Origin: a bacterium
Lineage (GTDB): Bacteria; Zhuqueibacterota; Zhuqueibacteria; Residuimicrobiales; Krinioviventaceae
Length of the DNA stretch: 64,000 nt
NCBI GenBank assembly: GCA_963674595.2
Contig: CAXXFV010000022.1
Coordinates: 1 to 64,000, forward strand
Reading direction: 5' to 3'
Part shown: piece after piece, positions 11,153 to 20,706 of the stretch
Numbering within the stretch: position 1 is the stretch's first letter
Layout: each line of letters starts with the position of its first letter
Translations under genes and position numbers: made by a program
The notes under the pieces: model-generated
What the model was told of the DNA's origin: nothing
Database searches by the model: none
What the model saw: only the letters and a program-made list of their open reading frames with translations

Positions 11153-11443
11153 CTCTAACAAACTGCTACACTGGACACCCAGACAGGGCGTTTTCTGGAA
11201 GTATTTCTACCCTTTCATGTCTCCGCGCAATATACTGCGTATTCCGGTTGAAAGTTTACCACTGAACAATCCAAACATTTAGACAATTTTAATTTATCAT
11301 AGTGGCAATTTTCAGCCGGATTGGGTGGCAGTTTTCAAACGGAACAGGTGGCAACTTTCACCGGATTGGGTGGCAATTTTAGGCTGGAATATGCAATATA
11401 CCTCCGTGGCTGGTTGGCGGGCCAGTTAACATAGTCGTTAGCG
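11153..11443 (+). repeat. Degenerate integron attC-like site interrupted by a MITE
   Basis: CTCTAAC-AAACTGCTACACTGG ... CCAGTTAACATAGTC-GTTAGCG imperfect inverted ends; about 125 bp once the insertion is removed. Confidence 0.55.
11236..11395. mobile_element. 160 bp non-autonomous IS21-family-like element (MITE)
   Basis: Terminal inverted repeats TGCGTATTCCGG... and ...CTGGAATATGCA, four internal ~23 bp GTGGCA...GGA repeats, and a 6 bp target duplication ATATAC (11230-11235 and 11396-11401). Confidence 0.8.
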
Positions 11444-11488
11444 TGGTATATAATTTAAAATATCTGTTACTACTATTTGGAGTACCAA

Positions 11489-12223
11489 ATGAAGAAAGTC
11501 ATTTTATTATTAACATTGTTTGCAACTCTCATATCAGTAAATTGTGGTAAGAATCCAACAGAGAATGAGAAAGCATCTCAGAATACAGTGACTGACATTG
11601 ATGGCAATATCTATTCGATTGTAAAAATTGGTGATCAAATCTGGATGGCTGAAAATTTAAAAGTTACTAAATATCGTAATGGGACGCTTATTCCTCATGT
11701 GACTGATAACAGCGAATGGACTGGATTAACCACAGGTGCTTATTGTATTTATAATAATGATAAGAGCAATGTTGCTACGTATGGCAATCTTTACAACTGG
11801 TATGCTATAAATGACACCCGCAACATCGCGCCTACAGGCTGGCATATATCCTCAGATGACGAGTGGAAGCAACTGGAAATGGCTCTTGGTATGAGTGAAT
11901 CTAACGCTTATGATACCTTTTGGCGCGGTACGAGTGAAGGTAGTAAGCTTGCGGGTAAAGCTGACTTATGGTCGAATGGAGAGCTTGAGAATAACGCTGG
12001 ATTTGGAAAAAGTGGTTTTTTTGCGTTACCCGGAGGCTTTCGTAGCTACTCCAATGGTACTTTCAATTATATTCGTACTCGAGCCTACTTTTGGTCTTCT
12101 ACGGTGTATAATGAAAACGTGATAGCCGCGTGGATTCGGGGGCTCCGTTATGATCATTCAGATGAAACCCGCGACTATGGCCATAAGAGAAACGGGTTTT
12201 CAGTACGCTGTTTACAGGATTAG
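11489..12223 (+). CDS. Fibrobacter succinogenes major paralogous domain (FISUMP) lipoprotein
   Basis: TDIDGN.Y..VKIG.Q.WMAENL, YGNLYNWYA, P.GWH, FWSST, GFSVRC motifs; N-terminal lipoprotein-like signal. Confidence 0.9.
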   Translation: MKKVILLLTLFATLISVNCGKNPTENEKASQNTVTDIDGNIYSIVKIGDQIWMAENLKVTKYRNGTLIPHVTDNSEWTGLTTGAYCIYNNDKSNVATYGNLYNWYAINDTRNIAPTGWHISSDDEWKQLEMALGMSESNAYDTFWRGTSEGSKLAGKADLWSNGELENNAGFGKSGFFALPGGFRSYSNGTFNYIRTRAYFWSSTVYNENVIAAWIRGLRYDHSDETRDYGHKRNGFSVRCLQD

Positions 12224-12377
12224 ACTATTTGTTCATTTTTCATAATATCTAGAAGTTTGAGTATTTACATAAAAATTATAAGAAGAAAGTAAGTATCAAA
12301 TTTTTCTATTAAAAATAAGAATAAAAAAATTTTTATTTTAGTTAATCTATCACATATAATAACTGGGAGATAATATA

Positions 12378-13502
12378 ATGAAAAAGTTAACACTACATTT
12401 ATTCTTTGTTTTCATTCTTTCCTGTTTATTATTTTGTTCAAAGAAAGATCCCGTAAGTACAAATGAAAATGATGAACATGAAGAAACTAAAAAAGTATTA
12501 GCCTATATATGTGCTGAATTTGATGGTCTTTTAATTGTCGATGTAACAAAACCAGATAATCCCCAATTAATTTCAACGTATAAAGATTTTTCTACTGTTA
12601 ATAGTCATTTTGGAGACGGGCTTGCAATCAAGAATAACTATGCTTTTATTAGTAATGCATACAAACTGGCAATAATTGATATTTCTGATATTAAATCACC
12701 CGCATATAAAAGATCTCTTGTTCCGATTGATGCGGGTGATATTTGGGATTATAAAATAATTGAAAATTCTTTGTTTATATCTGCAAATAATTATAATAAC
12801 GGATTAAGCTCAATAATTATTTATGATATTACTGATCCTTTGAATTTTATTGAAAAGGAACGTTTTGATTTATATGACGAAGATATTCGATTTGAAAATT
12901 TTATAGTTAATGATAATAAAATATATTTTAATTATCTTAAAGGAATATATAATAGTGATAGTCGTGATACAAGTAGAATCGGTACCCTTGATATTAATGC
13001 TATGAGCAATTCGTTTTCATTAAGTGATTTTTCAAGAGAACAAAGCGGGTCTCCAAGTCGTGTTAATTTTGGTATTTATAATGAGGAATATTTAATAGCG
13101 ACATATCGTGAAAACTCTACTAATACTAATTCAATGATCTTTTTTAATATAACAACTAATCCTTCACATCCTGATTCTTCATTTACTTTTGATTTAAATA
13201 ATAATACGATATATGAATTTTTAATTGAAAATAAATATGCCTACCTTTGTGGCCCAGGGGTAAGTTTTATGCAAATCTATATTAGTATATTAGACTTATC
13301 TCATATTTCTAATATTAGAGAAGTTGGAAAGACAATAGACTCCGAATTAGGATGGCTTCATGATATTTTTATGAAAGACAACCTTGTTTATATGGTTGGT
13401 ACAGGTGGCTTGAGTATATATGATATTTCAAGTTTATCTAGTATTAAATTTAAAAGTGTCTGGAAAGGGGAAGGTGATTTAAATGGGATAATTGTTAGAT
13501 AA
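12378..13502 (+). CDS. LVIVD-repeat lipoprotein
   Basis: Lipobox LLFC; repeats GLLIVDVTKPDNP, LAIIDISD..SP, GLSIYDIS. Confidence 0.75.
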   Translation: MKKLTLHLFFVFILSCLLFCSKKDPVSTNENDEHEETKKVLAYICAEFDGLLIVDVTKPDNPQLISTYKDFSTVNSHFGDGLAIKNNYAFISNAYKLAIIDISDIKSPAYKRSLVPIDAGDIWDYKIIENSLFISANNYNNGLSSIIIYDITDPLNFIEKERFDLYDEDIRFENFIVNDNKIYFNYLKGIYNSDSRDTSRIGTLDINAMSNSFSLSDFSREQSGSPSRVNFGIYNEEYLIATYRENSTNTNSMIFFNITTNPSHPDSSFTFDLNNNTIYEFLIENKYAYLCGPGVSFMQIYISILDLSHISNIREVGKTIDSELGWLHDIFMKDNLVYMVGTGGLSIYDISSLSSIKFKSVWKGEGDLNGIIVR

Positions 13503-13602
13503 AATTTATCAACATGCCTGTAATTAATGGTAAAACAGTATAAAAATGTATAAAATGTTTATTTTTGATAATTACAATTTTTAAAATAATAAAGAAAATA
13601 AA

Positions 13603-16600
13603 ATGACAAATAATACTAAATTATTTCTTTTAAAGGTGTTATTTTTTCTAATGATTAATCAATTATGGTCACAAAATGATATATATAATATAACACCAAA
13701 CAGTAAAATGGAAAGTATAGTTTGGGATATTTATAAATCTTTTAATGAAAAAGGGCAGACATCAAGCTTACAGGTTGCGAAACAAGCATTATTTCATACT
13801 AAAGATAAAAAAATTAAAGTAATTGCTAATTTTGAAGGGGATATCCTACCATTAGAAGAATTGAACAATTTAGGTGTTGAAGAAGATAATATTTTTATAG
13901 TTCGAGATAATAAAATTCAAATGATGATTCCTATTAAAAATCTATTAAAGCTGTCAGAGCTTCCTAACATTATTTGGATTCAAAAGCCTACAACATCAAT
14001 ACCACTCGTTGTCAGCGAAGGGGAGCGTATAATTGAAGCAAAAAATTATAAAAATTTAAATTTTTATGGACAGGGTGTAAAAGTAGCTGTTATTGATTGC
14101 GGTTTTGAAGACTATGATAAATTGCTTGGTAGTGAACTTCCAAATGATGTTAAAACAAAATCATTTTATAATGATGTAAACGGAAATGGTGATATCACTG
14201 GAGATGGGCATAACCATGGGACTGCTTGTGCAGAGATTATATACGATATTGCTCCTCAAGCTGAATTGTATCTGATAAATTATGATTCTGATGAGGAATT
14301 TAGATTAGCTGTTGAATATGCTATAAATAACAATATAGATATTATTTCTTGTTCTATGGGTTGGTTGAATAGTTCAAATTATGATGGGACTGGTTTTATT
14401 TGTGATATTACTCAAAATGCTAAAGATAATGGGATTTTATGGGTAAACTCGGCTGGAAACCATGCTGAAAGACATTATGAAGGAATTTTTAAAGACGATA
14501 ATAGCAATAAATTTCATGAATTTAATGACGATGATGAAACAACTATCATCAACGCCGTAGCAGGTCAAAAAATTCGATTATACTTAAGTTGGAATGACTG
14601 GCCTTGTACTTCAAATGATTATGATTTATATTTATACTATAATGATCTTTTTGTGGCTAAGAGTTATAATCGACAGACAGGCACTCAACCTCCAACTGAA
14701 GCACTAGAATTTGATGTATTAGAATCAGGTTTTTATCATATTAAAATATTAAACTATAATTCAAACGGTAATGCCCATTTTGAATTATATAGTTGGGAGC
14801 ATAATTTATTAAAGTATAACGTAACAGAAAGTAGTTTACTTGATCCTGCCCCAGCAAATAGTGTATTATCAGTAGGAGCAACATATTGGCAAGATGATAC
14901 TTATGAGAATTATAGTTCACAAGGTCCAACTAACGATGGTAGAATTAAACCGGATTTAATCGCTCCTTCAGCAGTTTCAAATCAATCTTATGGTAATTTT
15001 CGTGGGACTTCTGCTTCCTGCCCGCATATAGCTGGTGCTGCTGCTTTAATATTGTCTCAAAATCCATACTTAAGTCCTGATCATCTTCAAAATTATCTTG
15101 AAAATAGCACCGTAGATATGGGAATACCTGGAAAAGATAACCTATTTGGTTCTGGGAAATTGCAGTTAACTTGTGTTAACTTAAAAAATCCAATAGATGA
15201 GGGAAAACTGTTTGCTGGAGATTTATATAATATTGAATGGTCGATTCGAGGTCAAAATGTAAATACTTTTAACCTGTTTTATTCGACTAAAGGTGAAAAT
15301 GAATGGAATTTTATAACATCAATTACGAATGATTCATCTTATGTATGGTTAATTCCCGATAATAGTTCTTCAAATTGTAGAATAAAAGTTGTTGCATTAA
15401 ATGATAATAATAAGCCAATAGCTGAAGATATTAGCGACAATTATTTCAGAATATATAGTACAAGCTCCAATATTCGTGTATGTACATATAATCATGATCA
15501 AACTAATCCACAAATTATCAAAGATGGGCAAGGTGGTGCAATAATCGTCTGGGAGGATAAGAGACAAGGTAACTATTGGAATATTTATGCCCAACGCATA
15601 AATATAAATGGTGAAACAGTTTGGAAGAAAGATGGTATTCAGATCGGTTTTAATAATGAAGCAACTGTACCAATAACAAACCCATTAGTAGTTAATGATG
15701 GACAGGGAGGAGCTTTTATTGCATGGACTAATATAAGGAATGAATTGAAAGATCCTCCAGAATCAGGTATAATTCAATATGTGGAATTATATATTCAAAA
15801 AATTGATTCGGATGGTAACCCTGAATGGCAGGAAGGTGGATTTCCTATTTTACCAGGTCATCCACTAGGTCAAGCTAAATTGGTTGCAGATGGTGCTGGA
15901 GGAGTGATTATAGCGGGGCATGATGGACGCGATGAATCAACCGACACAGATATTTATGCACAAAGAATTAGCGCAAATGGCAGCATAGTGTGGAATATTA
16001 ATGGAATGCCTGTTTGTAGGGCAAATGAAAAGCAATTTGGGTTACAAATGGTAGCTGACGGATATGGTGGAGCTGTAATTATATGGAAAGATTATCGAAA
16101 TGGGAGAAGTTTGCCCAGTGCTGAAGATATTTATGCTCAGAGGATTAATGCGAATGGTGATGCTCTTTGGCAAACTAATGGGGTGCCAATATGTACATCT
16201 GAAAATGTACAAAAGGCAGGCGTTATAACAAACGATGGCCAAAATTCCTTTATTATTGCTTGGCAAGATATGCGGTTTAGTTCAGGTTTATATGATATAT
16301 ATGCACAGAAAATAAATATTAATGGAGTAATACAGTGGCAAAACAATGGAATTCCTATATGTACGACTTTTGGATATCAGGGTGTACCCCTTGTAGTCGC
16401 CGATGGTTCAGGAGGTGCAATTATAGGCTGGGCTGACGGGCGATATCAAAATGCAGATATATTTGCTCAAAAAATCGATACTAATGGAATTCATCAATGG
16501 ATCAGAAATGGTGTTGCAGTTTGTCGAAAATCTGGAAATCAAGACTATTCTGTTATTATAAGTGATGATCAGGGTGGTGCTATATTTTCTTGGCAAGATG

Positions 16601-17397
16601 ACAGTGGAGTAGATTATGATATTTATGCACAAAAAATAAGCAATAATGGCATTATTCAATGGGATACGAACGGATTTGAAATTTGTGGAGAAGTAGAAAA
16701 TCAGGGATATCCTGCAATAATATCTGATGATAATTATGGGGCTATTATTACCTGGAAAGATAATCGTTGGAGTGACGATACCGATATATATGCTGAACAC
16801 ATAATTAATGATGGTACTGTACCAGTAGAACTAATGGAATTTTATACAATTGTAAATGAAAACACTATAAGGATTCTTTGGAAAACTGTAACAGAGACAA
16901 ACAATTTTGGTTTTGAAATTGAACGTTCAATTGATAATAAAAATTTTGAGAAAATAGCTTTTATAAATGGACAAGCTACTACTGTTGATCCACAAAACTA
17001 TGAATTCATTGATAAGGATATTACTTTCGGAACACTATATTATTATAGATTGAAACAAATTGATTTGGATGGGACCTATAAATATTCAAAAATTATTAAA
17101 ACAAAAATTATTTCTCCTACTAAATTTGAATTGTTTCAAAATTACCCAAATCCTTTTAATCCAATAACTAAAATCAAATATCAATTACCTAAAGATTGTC
17201 ATACGATTATTAAAGTCTACAACATATACGGTCAAGAAATAAAAAATCTTGTAGAACAGGATCAGCAATCAGGTGTTTATTCTATAGTTTGGGATGGAAA
17301 AAACAATGAGGGTATGAATGTAAGTTCAGGTTGTTATATTTATACAATACAAGCTGGAGAATTTAGAGCATCAAAAAAAATTATATTTTTGAATTAA
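13603..17397 (+). CDS. Secreted S8 subtilisin-like serine peptidase with repeat domain and FlgD/T9SS-like C-terminal domain
   Basis: Catalytic triad motifs VAVID, HGTAC, GTSASCPH; NSAGN oxyanion motif; DG.GGAII.W.D.R...DIYAQ repeats; NYPNPFNP. Confidence 0.9.
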   Translation: MTNNTKLFLLKVLFFLMINQLWSQNDIYNITPNSKMESIVWDIYKSFNEKGQTSSLQVAKQALFHTKDKKIKVIANFEGDILPLEELNNLGVEEDNIFIVRDNKIQMMIPIKNLLKLSELPNIIWIQKPTTSIPLVVSEGERIIEAKNYKNLNFYGQGVKVAVIDCGFEDYDKLLGSELPNDVKTKSFYNDVNGNGDITGDGHNHGTACAEIIYDIAPQAELYLINYDSDEEFRLAVEYAINNNIDIISCSMGWLNSSNYDGTGFICDITQNAKDNGILWVNSAGNHAERHYEGIFKDDNSNKFHEFNDDDETTIINAVAGQKIRLYLSWNDWPCTSNDYDLYLYYNDLFVAKSYNRQTGTQPPTEALEFDVLESGFYHIKILNYNSNGNAHFELYSWEHNLLKYNVTESSLLDPAPANSVLSVGATYWQDDTYENYSSQGPTNDGRIKPDLIAPSAVSNQSYGNFRGTSASCPHIAGAAALILSQNPYLSPDHLQNYLENSTVDMGIPGKDNLFGSGKLQLTCVNLKNPIDEGKLFAGDLYNIEWSIRGQNVNTFNLFYSTKGENEWNFITSITNDSSYVWLIPDNSSSNCRIKVVALNDNNKPIAEDISDNYFRIYSTSSNIRVCTYNHDQTNPQIIKDGQGGAIIVWEDKRQGNYWNIYAQRININGETVWKKDGIQIGFNNEATVPITNPLVVNDGQGGAFIAWTNIRNELKDPPESGIIQYVELYIQKIDSDGNPEWQEGGFPILPGHPLGQAKLVADGAGGVIIAGHDGRDESTDTDIYAQRISANGSIVWNINGMPVCRANEKQFGLQMVADGYGGAVIIWKDYRNGRSLPSAEDIYAQRINANGDALWQTNGVPICTSENVQKAGVITNDGQNSFIIAWQDMRFSSGLYDIYAQKININGVIQWQNNGIPICTTFGYQGVPLVVADGSGGAIIGWADGRYQNADIFAQKIDTNGIHQWIRNGVAVCRKSGNQDYSVIISDDQGGAIFSWQDDSGVDYDIYAQKISNNGIIQWDTNGFEICGEVENQGYPAIISDDNYGAIITWKDNRWSDDTDIYAEHIINDGTVPVELMEFYTIVNENTIRILWKTVTETNNFGFEIERSIDNKNFEKIAFINGQATTVDPQNYEFIDKDITFGTLYYYRLKQIDLDGTYKYSKIIKTKIISPTKFELFQNYPNPFNPITKIKYQLPKDCHTIIKVYNIYGQEIKNLVEQDQQSGVYSIVWDGKNNEGMNVSSGCYIYTIQAGEFRASKKIIFLN

Positions 17398-17591
17398 TAA
17401 AATTGTAACTTTAATATCATATAATACTTTAACTGTTTATATTTAACTTTATACAATGTTATAAATCTGAATAAATTATTTTACAAAACTAGAAAATAAA
17501 ATTATTGGTTCTTTTAGACACTGTTTATTTAATTTTAAAAAATATTTGTTTTTTTACTTTTAATTTCGTTAAATAAGGTATATACATAAAC

Positions 17592-17600
17592 GTTACCAAC
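17592..17600 (+). other. Cassette-start recombination core GTTACCAAC
   Basis: Exact reverse complement of GTTGGTAAC at 19821-19829, which opens the downstream attC-like repeat. Confidence 0.5.
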
Positions 17601-17707
17601 AATGTGAAGAAAAAACAAAAACTGGGTAAAAATTGAATTTTTCTACTTAATACGGAGAAAATAAACCCACTAGAATTTTTAAGAAAATCGTCAACTTTTC
17701 AGGAAAA

Positions 17708-18625
17708 ATGGATTTGGAAACTATACAAAAAAATAATAGAAAAACAGCCCCACCAATACAACGTTTGATAAAACCAAAGAAACTTATTGCCTTTGGTTGG
17801 TATGGTGGAAAATTCTCTCACCTTGACTGGCTTTTACCACAACTTCCTGATTGTTTACATTATTGCGAGCCATTTGCAGGTTCGGGTGCGGTTTTACTTA
17901 ACAGATGTCCCTCGCCAGTGGAAACATACAATGACATTGACGGAGAAGTTGTTAATTTTTTTAAAGTTCTTCGAGATGAAAAAGATGTTTTAATTGAGCA
18001 AATAGCTTTAACTCCTTTTTCAAGAGAAGAGTTTGGAGTTGCTTGTCAATTAGACCCGAATTTGACTAACCTTGAGCGTGCAAGACGATTTTATATAAGA
18101 GCAAGACAGGTACGAACTGGTTTGGCTCAAACCGCTTCAATCGGGCGTTGGGCAAATTGTAAAAATACAAGCCGTTCTGGAATGAGTGGAGTTGTCAGCC
18201 GTTGGCTTGGGGGAATTAAACAGCTTGAATTTATAGCAGAACGCCTTTTGAGGGTACAAATTGAAAACAGACCTGCAATTGACATTATCAAATTATATGA
18301 CAGCAAAGAAACCCTTTTTTATTGTGACCCTCCATACATTCATCAAACAAGAGGTGATAAAAAAGCATACGGATTTGAGATGACTGATTTTGACCATAAA
18401 AATTTAGCCAAAGCACTTAACTCAATTGAAGGGCTGGCTGCCATTTCTAATTATGATTGTGATTTAATGGATGAGTTATATCCAGCAAGTAAATGGACGA
18501 AGATTTACAGTCCTGAAAAAGTAATTCATTCCACCAAAGATACGCGTCAGGAAGTAATTTGGGTAAACTATAAAATTAAAGATTTAAAACACAAAAACAG
18601 ATTTTCACTTTTTGCCGATGAATAA
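17708..18625 (+). CDS. DNA adenine methyltransferase (D12/Dam class)
   Basis: WYGGK, EPFAGSG, YNDID, YCDPPY motifs. Confidence 0.9.
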   Translation: MDLETIQKNNRKTAPPIQRLIKPKKLIAFGWYGGKFSHLDWLLPQLPDCLHYCEPFAGSGAVLLNRCPSPVETYNDIDGEVVNFFKVLRDEKDVLIEQIALTPFSREEFGVACQLDPNLTNLERARRFYIRARQVRTGLAQTASIGRWANCKNTSRSGMSGVVSRWLGGIKQLEFIAERLLRVQIENRPAIDIIKLYDSKETLFYCDPPYIHQTRGDKKAYGFEMTDFDHKNLAKALNSIEGLAAISNYDCDLMDELYPASKWTKIYSPEKVIHSTKDTRQEVIWVNYKIKDLKHKNRFSLFADE

Positions 18626-19749
18626 AAAAATACCAACAGAAATTTTAGAAAATATTTATCTAAAAGCCTTCAGCAACTTGACGCAAAGTGCTGTAAAAAT
18701 TGTGAGTGCAAGAGAAAAAATCGAATTTGTTTGCCGTTGTAATTCTAACAAAGCGCCTATTAGATTTTTAATGTCTTGCTTACTTGCTAAGACACACAAT
18801 CCCAAAGTTGATATTAGAAAACCATATACAGAAATAGAAGGTAACGACACTTATTCTGGACGTTTTTATGATGAAAAATTCATTGAGTTGTTAGTACACA
18901 AATACAAACTACCTTGTAATCCAACAACTGCATACTTGACGCCTGCCTTCAGAAATCTTGACCGTATTTTGACTACAGATATTGCTTTAGTAGGAAGACC
19001 GAGAGAAGTATATGTGGCTGCACTTGAAATACTTGATATAGTATATACAAAAAAAGAAAATCCAGAAAATATTCTCCAAGAAATAATTCGTTTTCTTTTA
19101 ATCATCAAAGCAGAAGACGAGCTAAGAATGAAACAACTTATTTCGGACCTTAAAACAAGCAGATGACATTCTTCCTCTTGCATCGGAAGAAATTGTGACC
19201 CTACTAACTCAGCATCTGAATTGCAAGGGGACAAGTCGCCTTCCTGTTTTAATTGTTGCGTCTGCTTACCAGACAATAAAAAACCAAATTGGAGAAGTAA
19301 ACAAGTTGCTTGAATCTCATAATGCGGCTGACAAACAAACTGGTTCAATTGGTGATGTAGAAATTACCCTAACGAATGATGACCGAATTGTAACTTGCTA
19401 TGAAATGAAAGATAAAAAAGTAACAAAAACTGATATACATGTTGCCTTACAAAAATTAGCAAAAACTAAAAACAAAATTGATAATTACATTTTTATAACA
19501 ACAGATATTATTGAAAGTGAAGTATCGGAATACGCAAAAAGTCTATATGAAAAAACTGGGGTTGAATTTGCTGTTTTAGACTGTATTGGTTTTATAAGAC
19601 ATTACCTGCATTTTTTCCATAGACAGAGAAATGCATTTTTGAATATTTATCAATCAATGGTTTTATCTGAACCTACAAGTTCAGTTTCACAACCATTGAA
19701 GGAAGCATTCTTAGCTTTAAGACGAGCTTCAGAAGCGGACAATCGATAA
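18618..19749 (+). pseudogene. Putative type II restriction endonuclease (SacI-like), frameshifted at 19152-19155
   Basis: Overlaps the methyltransferase stop. Removing one A joins ISDLK to QADDILPLASEEIVTLLTQ. HNAAD...GDVEI...YEMKD is a PD-(D/E)xK-like motif. Confidence 0.65.
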
Positions 19750-19820
19750 GTAACATTACCAAATCGTTAGATAAATATTGTAGAAAAAAAGGACAGAATA
19801 ACAAACTACATAAACGCCTA

Positions 19821-19955
19821 GTTGGTAACTACGGCTATATGCAATAAAGGTTTCGGTGTGAATTCAAGCATTCTGCCCCGTACAAACTTTAGTGTCGGTG
19901 GACAGGAAAGTAGCCTGCAATTCTCAATGATTTCCTACTGACAAAAGCTAGCAAC
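19821..19955 (+). repeat. Decayed long attC-like repeat closing the R-M cassette
   Basis: Starts GTTGGTAAC-TACGGCTATA and ends at a degenerate GCTAGCAAC; located just after the endonuclease gene. Confidence 0.45.
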
Positions 19956-20198
19956 AAGTGTAAAAGAAAGACTAGTAGACAGAATCGTTAACGATAAAAA
20001 TGAAGTAAGAAAGGATTTAGTTTTTTAGTAGGACAGTGCGAATATGATGTAATTTATTTTGTTTTTTCTCCACATGCAAAAAGAAGAAATCCCACCTAAA
20101 TTGCACACATTTGCAAGCCCGCACGAACCAATGTTAAATCCTAAGCTTGCCAAAGAGGATGACTATCCTATCGGGTTTAATATTTTTATATTTATTTT

Positions 20199-20243
20199 CT
20201 GCCCCTAAACTGCCCCTAAAAAATGGGGGACAATATGGGGGCA
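20199..20243. repeat. Arm-type integrase-binding repeats
   Basis: CTGCCCCTAAA twice in tandem, followed by inverted TGGGGGACA and TGGGGGCA; IHF-like AAACAATAAGTTA at 20296-20308. Confidence 0.55.
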
Positions 20244-20321
20244 ATTGCCGATTTTTGCTTATTTTACAATTTTTTAAGAAAGTCGATTTTTGTAAAAACA
20301 ATAAGTTACAGAAAATACAGT

Positions 20322-20346
20322 GCTTGACTGGGGGTCAAGGGGTCGG
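20322..20346 (+). other. tRNA-Pro(GGG) fragment, putative attR core
   Basis: GCTTGACTGGGGGTCAAGGGGTCGG is an anticodon stem-loop (CTTGA/TCAAG, GGG anticodon) plus variable loop, with no acceptor or D arm. Confidence 0.6.
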
Positions 20347-20409
20347 AATCCATCATGTTTTTGATTCTAGAATTAAATATTCAAAAAGCCCCGTGAAAGC
20401 AGGAATTTT

Positions 20410-20431
20410 TTTGTAGACATTTTGTAGACAT
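20410..20431. repeat. Second tandem 11 bp repeat, arm-type-like
   Basis: TTTGTAGACAT twice in tandem. Confidence 0.45.
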
Positions 20432-20588
20432 TTTTAATAAAAATGGGTATAAATGGGAAATATGATTTTAGCGTTTTTTAAATCATTACAAGTTTTGCTG
20501 TAGAGTTATTTTTCATAACTACTTGTTTTTATTGATTTACGAAGCGCTTGATTATTAAATTTAAAATGATTATATTATATTGTTAAAA

Positions 20589-20660
20589 GCGGGAGTAATT
20601 CAGCGGTAGAATGCAAGCTTCCCAAGCTTGACGTCGCGGGTTCGATCCCCGTCTCCCGCT
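20589..20660 (+). tRNA. tRNA-Gly(CCC)
   Basis: Acceptor GCGGGAG/CTCCCGC, anticodon arm CAAGC-TTCCCAA-GCTTG, T loop GGTTCGATCC; CCA not encoded. Confidence 0.95.
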
Positions 20661-20669
20661 CGTGTTTAT

Positions 20670-20705
20670 AAACCTTCTGGAATATATATTCAGAAGGTTT
20701 TTTTT
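20670..20705. terminator. Bidirectional intrinsic terminator
   Basis: AAACCTTCTG...CAGAAGGTTT plus T run, between convergent tRNA and HEAT genes. Confidence 0.75.
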
Positions 20706-20706
20706 G

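Noticed and set aside
11301-11395. Four ~23 bp repeats as a mini CRISPR array
   Set aside because: The repeats are adjacent with no unique spacers and no cas genes; they fit IS21-type end repeats
20322-20352. Complete tRNA-Pro gene
   Set aside because: Only the anticodon arm and variable loop are present; the D arm, T loop and acceptor stem are missing
20147-20416. 89 aa ORF
   Set aside because: It runs across att-site repeats and the tRNA fragment, with no RBS or protein-like features
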